Below are positions 8,928 to 19,296 of a stretch of 64,000 nt of DNA, one piece after another. This DNA is from an uncultured virus (IMG/VR IMGVR_UViG_3300024301_000012) (taxonomy: Duplodnaviria; Heunggongvirae; Uroviricota; Caudoviricetes): the IMG/VR virus record IMGVR_UViG_3300024301_000012; one strand, written 5' to 3'. The position numbers and the translations under genes were made by a program. The notes beneath the pieces are model-generated. The model was given only the letters and a program-made list of their open reading frames with translations. It was not told the origin of the DNA and did not search any database. Positions within the stretch are counted from its first letter, which is position 1. Every line of letters begins with the position of its first letter.

Positions 8928-10381
8928 TGAAATTAAAACATGGCGGCGTTGAAAATATCAAGAGTATTGAAATACTTGAAGATAAGAGAGATTATATAAA
9001 CAATATAAGTCCTTCTTTTTGTACTGCGAAATGGTTGCAAACAACTCTGTATTTGCAGAACGGATATAATCATTCTTGTCACCATCCATCTCCTCATAAA
9101 ATTCCCATAGAAGAAGTTGAAGCAAATCCTGCTGCTCTTCATAATAGTAATTTTAAAAAACAGCAAAGAGCAAAGATGCTCAAAGGTGAAAGACCTGCTG
9201 AATGTGATTACTGTTGGAATATTGAAGATTTAGGGAAAGGATATTTTTCTGACAGACACACAAAAACAGCAGACTACTGGGCTTGGCATAGAGTAGACGA
9301 AGTTGCACAGTCTGATCCTGAAGAAGATGTGTATCCTTCCTATCTAGAAATATCTTTTTCCAATGCATGCAATTTTGCCTGTGCGTATTGTACTCCAGAA
9401 GCAAGCTCTAAATGGATGAAAGACATAAAGAAGTATGGCCGATATCCTGTAGAGTTTGGTAGTCACGATTTAGAAGGCATGAAAAATTTAGAAAAAATTC
9501 CTTACAAGACAGATGAATACAATCCATATGTGAATGCATTCAATAAATGGTTTCCAGACGCATTGCCACATCTTAAAGTATTTCGAATAACAGGCGGCGA
9601 GCCTACTATGAGCAAAGACTTTTGGAAAACATTAGATTTTATTATTGAAAATCCTAGAGAAGATTTAGAAATTTCAATTAATACTAATTTAGGAGTTCCA
9701 GAAGAACTGATTGATAAATTAATTACATATGCCAAAAAAATAGATTATCTATGTAAAGAGTGTGTCATATATACTAGTGGGGAGGCACACGGCGAGCAAG
9801 CAGAATATGTTAGAGATGGTTTAGATTACAATTATTGGATTAGTAACGTAAGAAAAATTCTTACCGAAACAGATTGTAAAGTAGTTACAATGACTACTAT
9901 AAATGCATTAAGTTTACCTTCTTTTACAAAATTTTTAGGAGATATTATACAGCTTAGAATTGATTTTAACGAGTTGGGTTATATAAACAGAAGCCCTATT
10001 AGTTTTAATTATCTAAGATTTCCTCCTCATTTACAGGTAACTATTCTTCCTGATTATATTAGAAGCAAATATGCGAAAGAAATACTCGAATTTGTTCAAA
10101 GCTGGGACGAATTTAACACAAAATCAGATCACGCTAAATTCTATTTAGAAGAAATAGATCAAGTTAAAAGATTCTGTGATTATATGAAAAAAGATACATC
10201 TTCTGGACCTAAGTATATAAAAAACTTTATGCAGTTTATTCACCATTACGATTTGAGACGAGATAAAAACTTTGTAGAAACTTTTCCAGAGTACGAAGGA
10301 TTGTATGAAGAATGGTTCGAAGAAAACAAAAATTTGTTAGCATCCGATTTTAATTTCTTCAATGAAACACATAGAAAATGA
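8927..10381 (+). CDS. radical SAM protein with N-terminal twitch/SPASM-like domain (1 of 7)
   Basis: CNFACAYC, TGGEP, N-terminal FCTAKW..SCHHP..ECDYCW; ATG at 8927 overlaps the upstream TAA. Confidence 0.9.
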   Translation: MKLKHGGVENIKSIEILEDKRDYINNISPSFCTAKWLQTTLYLQNGYNHSCHHPSPHKIPIEEVEANPAALHNSNFKKQQRAKMLKGERPAECDYCWNIEDLGKGYFSDRHTKTADYWAWHRVDEVAQSDPEEDVYPSYLEISFSNACNFACAYCTPEASSKWMKDIKKYGRYPVEFGSHDLEGMKNLEKIPYKTDEYNPYVNAFNKWFPDALPHLKVFRITGGEPTMSKDFWKTLDFIIENPREDLEISINTNLGVPEELIDKLITYAKKIDYLCKECVIYTSGEAHGEQAEYVRDGLDYNYWISNVRKILTETDCKVVTMTTINALSLPSFTKFLGDIIQLRIDFNELGYINRSPISFNYLRFPPHLQVTILPDYIRSKYAKEILEFVQSWDEFNTKSDHAKFYLEEIDQVKRFCDYMKKDTSSGPKYIKNFMQFIHHYDLRRDKNFVETFPEYEGLYEEWFEENKNLLASDFNFFNETHRK

Positions 10382-11808
10382 GTAAAGACCTAATAGACTA
10401 TAGAAAAAGAGTCTTAGATTCTAAATCTCCTTCTTTTTGCGGTGCTAAATGGTATAATGCTACTACTTGGTTAGGTAGTGGTACTACTGCTTCATGTCAT
10501 CATCCAACGGCGCACAAAATTCCTCTTGTTGAGTTGCGTGATGACTATACTGCAATTCACAATACTAAACACAAGAAAGCTGCTCGTAAAATGATGCAAG
10601 AAGGCGAGCGTCCTCTTGAGTGTGAATATTGTTGGCGCATAGAAGACATGGGCAAGGACGCTGTTTCTGATCGTGTATTCAAATCTCAGATTTATAGTGA
10701 ACAAGACTTACAAGAAGCATATGATAAGTCTTGGGAAGACAGTGTTAATCTAAAAACATTTGAGATTGCATTTGACAGAACTTGTAATCTTGCATGTTCA
10801 TACTGCAACCCTTCTTTTTCTACTACATGGGCACGAGATATAAAGAAGAATGGTCCTTATCAAAATTTGCTTTCAGATGGAGCCGGCGCATTTGAGCAAG
10901 ATGGCTCTTGGACTGAGCCATATGGTAGAGATGAAGAGAATCCATATATTGAAGCGTTTTGGAAATGGTGGGACAATGGACTTTCAGACAGTCTAGAAGA
11001 ATTGCGAGTTACTGGTGGCGAACCTCTTATGTCAGGCAATACTTGGAAACTTTTTGATTGGTTTGAAGAACAAGACAGTGACATGCGTTTTTCAATCAAT
11101 AGTAATCTGATTGCAAAGGACGAGATTGTTGATAGACTAATTGAAAAATCACATCGTGTCAAAAACTTCGAGTTATATACTAGCGCCGAGTGTTTTGGTG
11201 TACACCAAGAATATCTACGAGACGGATTTAATTGGGAAGTCTGGCATCGCAACATGTTAAGATTTGCAAATGAAGGCAACTATAATAGTATTAATATTAT
11301 GATGACTATTACAGGACTTTCTTTATTCAGTACTGCTGATTTTTTAGATGAAGTATACGAAATGAAAAAGCATAGCAAGTCAGGTCATCATCCTGTTGTA
11401 AGCGTGAACATACTTCGCTTTCCTAGCTTTCAGAATATCCTTACTTTGCCCAAAGAAATTCGAGAAACTTGTAGACAAGAACTTGTTCTTTGGTTTGAAG
11501 AGAACAGAACTAAGCCACAGTGGCTTCAGTTTGAACTTGCAAGTATTGAAAGATTGATTGAATATCTTGCAACTGATGAAACGCCACATCGAAATGCTAG
11601 TAATAGAGATACTTTGTGGCAAGATATGAAATCTTTCTATACTCAGTACGATGAACGAAGAAACAAAGATATAAATGTGTTTCCTAAAATATTTACTGAC
11701 TGGTACAACACGATAAATAGTGGCTATAAGAAAGCAGAATTGCACTCAGGCGACAACACAATATTTTTAGATGATGATCGACTAATTGAACTCAAGGATA
11801 TATTATGA
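10378..11808 (+). CDS. radical SAM protein with N-terminal twitch/SPASM-like domain (2 of 7)
   Basis: CNLACSYC, TGGEP, FCGAKW..SCHHP..ECEYCW. Confidence 0.9.
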   Translation: MSKDLIDYRKRVLDSKSPSFCGAKWYNATTWLGSGTTASCHHPTAHKIPLVELRDDYTAIHNTKHKKAARKMMQEGERPLECEYCWRIEDMGKDAVSDRVFKSQIYSEQDLQEAYDKSWEDSVNLKTFEIAFDRTCNLACSYCNPSFSTTWARDIKKNGPYQNLLSDGAGAFEQDGSWTEPYGRDEENPYIEAFWKWWDNGLSDSLEELRVTGGEPLMSGNTWKLFDWFEEQDSDMRFSINSNLIAKDEIVDRLIEKSHRVKNFELYTSAECFGVHQEYLRDGFNWEVWHRNMLRFANEGNYNSINIMMTITGLSLFSTADFLDEVYEMKKHSKSGHHPVVSVNILRFPSFQNILTLPKEIRETCRQELVLWFEENRTKPQWLQFELASIERLIEYLATDETPHRNASNRDTLWQDMKSFYTQYDERRNKDINVFPKIFTDWYNTINSGYKKAELHSGDNTIFLDDDRLIELKDIL

Positions 11809-12848
11809 GTAAGCATGTAATATTGACATTACAAAATCCCTTAGATGAAGCAGATACTTTAGACATTAAGTTTAATGTAATGGATACTGATATTGGAAAT
11901 GATTGGTTTGATTTTGCTTCAACTGCACTTAAAAACAATCCTCGTTTAGAAAAAAACTTTTGCTGGTTGGGATGGCCGGACCCAAATCGTACAGTAGAGT
12001 ATCTCGCAAAAAGACTCGAAGAATGCGTAGATGGTATCAATAACTTTGCAGATAATAATGTTGAACTGTGGGAAGGGTATCGTATTGATAAAAACTGGGA
12101 CGATATTACAAGTGAAGATGCTTTAAATCAACTTCATCATCATTTTGAAATATTAATGGGCCAAGTGTGGGATGTTGCAAAGTATATGATACGTGCAGAT
12201 GATCCTACTTCATACAATATTAGACAATTGAACAATTTGGTTCATGAACTTGCTGCAAGAAAAGTAGCAACTACTAACAAAGGAATGACAATTGGTAGCT
12301 ATTTGAATCCACATCGAGAATTGTTTAAAGAAGATTACTACGATAATTTTTCTTTAAATAGAGAATTTGGTGATGTGTTTTTGCACTATGCACAAACTGG
12401 AAAAACTCCCATAGAAGCATTTGAAGATAATGATGACTATGTATTTAATAATAATATCAATGCATTGCGCTATATGTCTGGAGAGTTTAACATTTGGTGG
12501 TGTGATGCAATATCAGAACTAGAAAATAATAGAAGAAAAACAGAATTAAAAAACTGGCTAAAGGAAAGAGACGTAATCTTTGAAGAACAAGATAATTTTT
12601 GTTATTATGTCGATCCCGAAGGAAACAAACAAGGTATAGGATGGTTAGTCGTTGCTAAGTTAGAAAATCAGTTTGATAGCGACTCTAAACTAGCAGAAGA
12701 AATTGCAAAAAGATTGAACATATATAGTATGTCATGTTTTGAAAACGATGATTTAGTATCATCATATACTTGGAATTACAAGTGGACAGATGCCGACTAT
12801 ATAGAAAACGAAATTAAATTCTTAAGCCCACTTTTTCCGAGAAAATAA
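11805..12848 (+). CDS. hypothetical protein within the radical SAM cluster
   Basis: 347-aa ORF overlapping both neighbours; LNQLHHHFE and LNNLVHE motifs. Confidence 0.75.
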   Translation: MSKHVILTLQNPLDEADTLDIKFNVMDTDIGNDWFDFASTALKNNPRLEKNFCWLGWPDPNRTVEYLAKRLEECVDGINNFADNNVELWEGYRIDKNWDDITSEDALNQLHHHFEILMGQVWDVAKYMIRADDPTSYNIRQLNNLVHELAARKVATTNKGMTIGSYLNPHRELFKEDYYDNFSLNREFGDVFLHYAQTGKTPIEAFEDNDDYVFNNNINALRYMSGEFNIWWCDAISELENNRRKTELKNWLKERDVIFEEQDNFCYYVDPEGNKQGIGWLVVAKLENQFDSDSKLAEEIAKRLNIYSMSCFENDDLVSSYTWNYKWTDADYIENEIKFLSPLFPRK

Positions 12849-14245
12849 TGTCTGCTCATTCATATAATTTATTAGATTTAAAAGATGTAACAGAAGAACT
12901 TAATACTGTTGGTAAAGGCTTTTGTCTTGCCAAATGGTATCATGTGAGTATGCATCTACACACTGGACAGAATCATAGTTGCTACCATCCAGCTCCTCAT
13001 AAGATTCCTCTAGACTTAGCTAAAGAAGATGCTAATGTTCTTCATAACAGTCCTTTCAAAAAGAAAGTTCGTAAAGAGATGCTTGAAGGCGGTCGACCTG
13101 CTGAGTGTAGTTATTGCTGGAATGTTGAAGACTTAGGCGAAGATCAAATCTCAGACAGAATGCTTAGATCATCTGAGCCGTGGGCATTACCACTCATTCA
13201 AGAAACAAAAGAGATTGATTGGCAAGCAGATGTTTATCCTCGCTATCTTGAACTTAACTTTAGTAATAGATGTCAGTTAAAATGTAGCTATTGTGCGCCA
13301 ATGGCAAGTTCTAGTTGGTTACAAGAAACAAAGAAGTGGGGAAACTGGCCTTTAGAAAATTATATCAATGTCAGACAATATGATAATGCTTCATTTGAAA
13401 ATGAAGGTTCTATTTATGGAGAAGAAGATACTAATCCCTATATTAAGATTTTCTGGGAATGGTTTCCTGATGCATATCCACATCTACATACATTAAGATT
13501 TACTGGCGGTGAACCTTTACTCAGTCCAAACGTATTTAAAGTATTAGACTATGTTTCAGATCATCCTAAGCCAGAGTTAGAATTTGCAGTAAACAGTAAC
13601 ATGATGATTCCTGAAAGAAATATTATTCGTTTTATCTCTACTGCAAATGATTTAATTTCTAACAAAAAGATTAAAGGGTATTCTCTCTTTACAAGCGTAG
13701 ACACATGGGGTAAACAAGCAGAGTGGATTCGCAATGGACTCAACATCGAAACATACGAAAGCAATCTACACTACTACATGGAAAATTCTGAATCAAAGTA
13801 TTTCAGTTTTATGGTCACGTTCTGTTTGCTTGCAATACCAAACTTTACTGAATTCTTGGATAAAGTACTAGAGTTCAGAGAGAAGTATAACGTAGATGAT
13901 TCATATCAACGAGTAAATTTTGATACTCCATATACAGTTGAGCCTCCTCATCTTACTGCTCGCATTGCTGATGATTGGATGATTGATAGACTTGAATATA
14001 CTTGTAACTACTTAAAAGAAAGAGTAGACGATACTGATATTAGAATGTTCTCTTCGGTAGAACACAAAAAACTGATTCGTGTACTAGAATGGGTAAAACA
14101 AAACAGATATCAAGGCGAAGAGCTTGCTGTGAACAGAAGAGACTTTGCTAAGTTTGTAGACGAACATGATCGCAGGCGTGGAACTGATTTTCACGCAGCA
14201 TTTCCTGAACTAAAAAATTTCTATCAGATGTGTAAGGAGTCGTAA
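12848..14245 (+). CDS. radical SAM protein with N-terminal twitch/SPASM-like domain (3 of 7)
   Basis: CQLKCSYC, TGGEP, FCLAKW..SCYHP..ECSYCW. Confidence 0.9.
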   Translation: MSAHSYNLLDLKDVTEELNTVGKGFCLAKWYHVSMHLHTGQNHSCYHPAPHKIPLDLAKEDANVLHNSPFKKKVRKEMLEGGRPAECSYCWNVEDLGEDQISDRMLRSSEPWALPLIQETKEIDWQADVYPRYLELNFSNRCQLKCSYCAPMASSSWLQETKKWGNWPLENYINVRQYDNASFENEGSIYGEEDTNPYIKIFWEWFPDAYPHLHTLRFTGGEPLLSPNVFKVLDYVSDHPKPELEFAVNSNMMIPERNIIRFISTANDLISNKKIKGYSLFTSVDTWGKQAEWIRNGLNIETYESNLHYYMENSESKYFSFMVTFCLLAIPNFTEFLDKVLEFREKYNVDDSYQRVNFDTPYTVEPPHLTARIADDWMIDRLEYTCNYLKERVDDTDIRMFSSVEHKKLIRVLEWVKQNRYQGEELAVNRRDFAKFVDEHDRRRGTDFHAAFPELKNFYQMCKES

Positions 14246-14904
14246 TGAATATAGTGATAGTAGGTCCTGGTAATGACCCAAAAAGATTTGGAACAAATTT
14301 TGTCAATAAGGCAGAAAATGCCGGACATTCAATAACAAAATTTTCTTATAGGCTTGACAATGATGATCCAGATACTATTGAAAACAACTTTAAATTAGCT
14401 ATTGAAAATTTAGATCATATAGATATTTTACTTTATAATTCTATTGGAGGGTTTTATCCTGGAGACTTTAATCACTATCATAGTGGTCACTCTGTAAAAT
14501 ACAAAGAATGGCAACAAGGAATTTTAGTAAATGCTGCTATCCCTCATATGATGACACTAGCATGTTTAGAAAAAATGGACTCAACTAGTAGAGTTATTTT
14601 CTTAACATCTTCTGCTTCTTATTTAATAAACAGAGAAGATTACTTACACCTAGCAGGATATTTTGGTACTAAAAATGTTATGAATCATTTGATGCGGGCC
14701 TTGTCAACATATAATGATAAAGGTGTTACGGTCTGCACTCTGGCCCCTCACATCCCATATGAAGATGAAGTTATGGCAGAAAAGATTATGTCTAAACTTT
14801 ATGAGACGGTAATAAATTCTAGTTCGAAAGATAATGGCAAAATAATACAGTGTTATCCCCCAGAAGCAGAAACTTTCTATCATGAAGGGGGAGTTAACCC
14901 TTGA
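14245..14904 (+). CDS. short-chain dehydrogenase/reductase-like protein
   Basis: IDILLYNSIG, RVIFLTSS and catalytic YxxxK (YFGTK). Confidence 0.7.
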   Translation: MNIVIVGPGNDPKRFGTNFVNKAENAGHSITKFSYRLDNDDPDTIENNFKLAIENLDHIDILLYNSIGGFYPGDFNHYHSGHSVKYKEWQQGILVNAAIPHMMTLACLEKMDSTSRVIFLTSSASYLINREDYLHLAGYFGTKNVMNHLMRALSTYNDKGVTVCTLAPHIPYEDEVMAEKIMSKLYETVINSSSKDNGKIIQCYPPEAETFYHEGGVNP

Positions 14905-16163
14905 TAAGTAAAAATAATAAGGCTTTTTGTATTCTGCCTTTTGTCCATACACATTTAAATACAGAAGGAGATGTTTTTCCTTGCTGCATTAGTTGGTCAC
15001 CTGATAGGTCTTCACACTTAGGGTATTTAAAAGACAATACACTAGAAGAACTTTTTAACTCCGAAAAAATGAAAAAATTGAGAGTTGACTTAGCTAATGG
15101 TGTCCGGCGTGAAGATATTTGTGGTCAATGTTATCAAAGAGAAGATAATGGTTTTGTTAGTGCTAGACATGGTAATAATTTAGACTATCTTGACGTAGAA
15201 GACGAAATAGTTTCAAGAATGCATGAGGACGGATATCTAGAACCAATAATAAAAAGCTGGGACATACGTTTCAGTAATCTTTGTAATTTGAAATGTAGAT
15301 CGTGCGGGAGTGTGTATAGCACTACTTGGGCACAAGAAGACGCAAAATTTGATGGATTCTCTAAGTTTAAACAATTGACTTCAATACCAGAAGGAGCGCC
15401 TGATCCTCTAGAAAACCAATACGACAATGTAGACAAAATATATTTTGCTGGCGGCGAACCTCTTATTATGCCAGAGCATTTTAGAACACTTCAAAAAATA
15501 ATTGATAGTGGCAGAGCACATGAAGTGAAGCTCCTCTACAACACAAATATGACCAAACTTAATTACAACAAACATGATTTGATTGAATACTGGAAAGAAT
15601 TCAAATATGTTGTATTGGGGGCAAGCATTGATGCAATGGGAGAAAAGGCAGAATATATTAGGAATGGTGTGAAATGGTCAGTGATAGAAAACAATTTAAA
15701 AACTTTATCCGAAGCAATCAAAACACACAAAAATATTAATATACATATCGCACCAACTGTGAGCATCATGAATGCACATTCATTGACAGACATGCACAAA
15801 TATTTTGTTGAACATGGTTATATTCAAGATTCAAATGCAATTATATTGAATATACTTCTTGGTCCGAGTCATTATGAAATGAGAAATTTGCCTGATACTT
15901 TAAAAGATGAAATAAAAGAAAAGGTAAAACTACACTGTGAGTGGTTAAAAGAAAATAATACTAGAAACGATATAATTGAAAATTTTTATAGTATAATTTC
16001 TTATATAGACAATGATTCAGATAATTCTGATATCCTTAGGTTTGTGTCTGAAACAAAAAAAATAGACGCTAGAAGGAATCAAGATTTTGAAAAAACCTTT
16101 CCAGAATATGCAGACTGGTGGAAATCTATAAAAAACAATATCATAAGCTCAACTTCTATATGA
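14901..16163 (+). CDS. radical SAM protein with N-terminal twitch/SPASM-like domain (4 of 7)
   Basis: FCILPF..VFPCC..CGQC; CNLKCRSC; AGGEP. Confidence 0.9.
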   Translation: MISKNNKAFCILPFVHTHLNTEGDVFPCCISWSPDRSSHLGYLKDNTLEELFNSEKMKKLRVDLANGVRREDICGQCYQREDNGFVSARHGNNLDYLDVEDEIVSRMHEDGYLEPIIKSWDIRFSNLCNLKCRSCGSVYSTTWAQEDAKFDGFSKFKQLTSIPEGAPDPLENQYDNVDKIYFAGGEPLIMPEHFRTLQKIIDSGRAHEVKLLYNTNMTKLNYNKHDLIEYWKEFKYVVLGASIDAMGEKAEYIRNGVKWSVIENNLKTLSEAIKTHKNINIHIAPTVSIMNAHSLTDMHKYFVEHGYIQDSNAIILNILLGPSHYEMRNLPDTLKDEIKEKVKLHCEWLKENNTRNDIIENFYSIISYIDNDSDNSDILRFVSETKKIDARRNQDFEKTFPEYADWWKSIKNNIISSTSI

Positions 16164-17461
16164 AAAACAATAAAGACAAATATCCCTCAGATACCTTTTG
16201 TGTGTTTCCATGGATACATTTACACGCATGGCCAGAAGGCAAAGCAATGCTTTGTTGTAAAGCTAATAGCGGAGAAAACGGCGGCGATGTTGGAGATTTT
16301 TCAACAAATACATACGCTGAAATTATGAATAGTGAAAAGATGAAACAGATTCGTCTTGATATGATTGAGGGAAAGGAAATACCACAATGTAACGCATGTA
16401 CTAATGATGAGAGATTGAATAAAAATAGTTTTAGATGTGATATGAATGAATCTTATTCAGATTTAATTCCACATATCATCTCTGATGACTATACAGCAGC
16501 AGATGGGACTCTTGTTGATCCTAAAATGTATTATATGGACTTCCGGTTTAGTAACCTATGTAACTTAGGATGTCAAACATGCGGAAGTCCTCTGAGCAGT
16601 ACAATAGCAAATAATAGAGAAGACAACACAAGGGAAAATATACCCCTAATGAAAAAGGGAGTATTGTCAGAGAGAGGTACAATCACTTCATTTGTTTATG
16701 CTAGACCAGATTTTTTTAAAACTGATGTTCTTCCTTACATAGACGATGTTAGATTATTCTATTTCGCTGGTGGCGAGCCTCTTATGCACCAAGAGCATTT
16801 AGATATTCTTAATTACTTAAATGAAAATAAAATATACGATAAGCATATAACATACAGTACTAACTTGTCTCTTTTAAAGTGGAAAGGAACAGATTTTTTA
16901 GAAATCTGGAAAAACTTTAACAGTATTAATTTCTTTTGCAGTATAGACGGCGATAATGAAAGATTAGAATATATACGAGAATTTTCAAAACACGTAACTA
17001 TATTTAAAAATTTAAAAAAACTTATCCAACTTAAAAAAGAAAATCCTTCTAAAAGACTTACTGTATCCATATGTTACACTCATAGTATTTTCAATTGTTA
17101 TTATACTAAAGAATTTTTCAAATATCTTGTTGATGAAAATATTATTAATGATATAGATCACATAGAATTTAATTATTCATTTGGAGATAGTAATTCTCCT
17201 GCTATTTTGCCAGATTTTGCAAAAGAAGAATTGAAAATAAAGAGAGACGAGGACAGAAATTCTGAAGAAATGCAAATAGCATTCCGTTTATTTCCAGACC
17301 TTAAACACTACTTTGATAGTATCGATTCCATACTTTATGAGAACAAAAAATCAGATGAATTTGATCGACTTATAAGCAATCAATTGATGCTCAAGATCGA
17401 TAAAATAGAGACATCGCTTCCTTGGCTATACAGTGTAATAAAAAGATATAGGGTACTATAA
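16160..17461 (+). CDS. radical SAM protein with N-terminal twitch/SPASM-like domain (5 of 7)
   Basis: FCVFPW..LCC..CNAC; CNLGCQTC; AGGEP; ATGA overlap start at 16160. Confidence 0.9.
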   Translation: MKNNKDKYPSDTFCVFPWIHLHAWPEGKAMLCCKANSGENGGDVGDFSTNTYAEIMNSEKMKQIRLDMIEGKEIPQCNACTNDERLNKNSFRCDMNESYSDLIPHIISDDYTAADGTLVDPKMYYMDFRFSNLCNLGCQTCGSPLSSTIANNREDNTRENIPLMKKGVLSERGTITSFVYARPDFFKTDVLPYIDDVRLFYFAGGEPLMHQEHLDILNYLNENKIYDKHITYSTNLSLLKWKGTDFLEIWKNFNSINFFCSIDGDNERLEYIREFSKHVTIFKNLKKLIQLKKENPSKRLTVSICYTHSIFNCYYTKEFFKYLVDENIINDIDHIEFNYSFGDSNSPAILPDFAKEELKIKRDEDRNSEEMQIAFRLFPDLKHYFDSIDSILYENKKSDEFDRLISNQLMLKIDKIETSLPWLYSVIKRYRVL

Positions 17462-18679
17462 ATGACTAAATGCATAAACGTGTATAAATCTATAAGATTT
17501 ACAAATTCAGGCGATGCAGCGTTTTGTTGTAAAAGCGAAAATTGGTTAGACGATACTGCAGGCAATAGGTGCAATATATCTACACACTCAATGGATTCAG
17601 CACTAAATGGTAACCTAGCTACTGAAATCAGAAATGATCTTGATAATGGTGTGCGACATTCGAATTGTAAAAAATGTTGGGACGAAGAAGACGCTGGAAT
17701 TCCTAGTAAAAGAATTCTAGACAATGATAGGGCAATAGAGTATTGGGGCAAAGATTTTTTAACGGACAATATTGTTGAACCGGCAATAGTTGAACTAAAT
17801 CTAGGAACTCTCTGTAATTTAAAATGTAGGATATGCGGACCGTGGTCAAGTAGTCAATGGGTCAAAGAACATTTTGATGTCAATACTGAAAAAGAACATC
17901 AGACAAAAGAAAGAAAAAAAGAGTACATGCAACAAGTTAAATTGTGGCAAGGAAATTTTGAAGATGAAAGCCCTACTTGGAAAAATATAGAAGATAGTTT
18001 GTCACATTTAAAACAAATCGATATATACGGCGGCGAACCTTTTATGGTAGAGAAGCAATGGGAAGTCCTTCAAAAGAGTATTGATCTTGGCTATAGCAAA
18101 AATCAGACCTTACACTTTAATACAAATACCACATTATATTCTGAAAAGTATGTTGAGATTCTAAAACAATTTAAAAATGTTTTGATTAGTCTTTCGATTG
18201 ACGATATAAGAGAAAGATTTGAATATGAAAGACACCCTGCAAAGTGGGAGTTAGTTTCTGAAAATATAAAAAAATTTTTAAAACTTAATTCTGAGAATCA
18301 TAACATATCAGTTGTTGCTTGTATTACTGTAAATAATTTCAATGTTTTTTATCTTCCAGAGATCATTGATTACTTTGATAGTATTGGGTTAGGATATTAT
18401 ACTAACATATTGCATGGGCCTCCTCATTACAATGTAAAAAATCTTCCTCAAGCACTTAAAGATATAATTACTGATAAATATAAAAAATCACAACATTTTT
18501 CTAATCCATACAAAAAAGAAAGATTGTCTCAAGTTATGGATTTTATGAATTCATTCATAACAACTAACGATGAATGGAAAAATTTTATTTCTTTTACAGA
18601 AAAAAAAGATGAGTATAGAAAAGAATATTTTTCAAAAACATTTCCTGAGTGGAATGAAAAAATAAAGGAGCTACAATGA
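17462..18679 (+). CDS. radical SAM protein with N-terminal twitch/SPASM-like domain (6 of 7)
   Basis: FCC..CKKC; CNLKCRIC; YGGEP. Confidence 0.9.
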   Translation: MTKCINVYKSIRFTNSGDAAFCCKSENWLDDTAGNRCNISTHSMDSALNGNLATEIRNDLDNGVRHSNCKKCWDEEDAGIPSKRILDNDRAIEYWGKDFLTDNIVEPAIVELNLGTLCNLKCRICGPWSSSQWVKEHFDVNTEKEHQTKERKKEYMQQVKLWQGNFEDESPTWKNIEDSLSHLKQIDIYGGEPFMVEKQWEVLQKSIDLGYSKNQTLHFNTNTTLYSEKYVEILKQFKNVLISLSIDDIRERFEYERHPAKWELVSENIKKFLKLNSENHNISVVACITVNNFNVFYLPEIIDYFDSIGLGYYTNILHGPPHYNVKNLPQALKDIITDKYKKSQHFSNPYKKERLSQVMDFMNSFITTNDEWKNFISFTEKKDEYRKEYFSKTFPEWNEKIKELQ

Positions 18680-19296
18680 AAATCGTTCAACCCTTTGCTA
18701 ATCATCCTTTATGGGAGTTTGAAGACGTTGAACTTCCTGAATTAGTGTTTGACGAATCTCTGTTTATAAAGAAAAATCCAAAATATAATAGAGACCCACT
18801 TTCTAATAGTGAAGTATTTAATGAAAGAAGTAAAATTCATGGAGTTTCTCAGTATGAGATTAATAACAAATCTCTCGAAATATTAAGAGACGTAGTTCAT
18901 AATATTATTCGTACTATTAGAGATAATGCATCAGAAGAAGCTAATGAAAAAGTAATAGATTTATACTGTCTAAATCCATGGGATATGAAAGATGCGTATC
19001 CGGATGTAATAACAGACCATGCTGGGTTTTACATGGGAGAACATTTAGATAACAGAAATGTAAAATGTAACCTATTTATCAATTTAGAAAACAATATATC
19101 TTCTACTGAGTTTAAGATACTAGAAAATCCTAATCCACACAACTACAAGGAATATATTCCTTCACTAGTAGAATGGAAATCACCTACACAAAAGGGAGCT
19201 GGATTTTTTTATTTTAACACTCCTGAGCTTTGGCATACTATAAGGGTGAGTGAACCAGAAAGAAAAATAGCGATGTTAGGTGTAACAATTGAGTAG
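18676..19296 (+). CDS. 2OG-Fe(II) oxygenase-like protein
   Basis: HxD (EHLD), distal H (WHTI) and R (ERK) in the facial-triad spacing. Confidence 0.55.
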   Translation: MKIVQPFANHPLWEFEDVELPELVFDESLFIKKNPKYNRDPLSNSEVFNERSKIHGVSQYEINNKSLEILRDVVHNIIRTIRDNASEEANEKVIDLYCLNPWDMKDAYPDVITDHAGFYMGEHLDNRNVKCNLFINLENNISSTEFKILENPNPHNYKEYIPSLVEWKSPTQKGAGFFYFNTPELWHTIRVSEPERKIAMLGVTIE

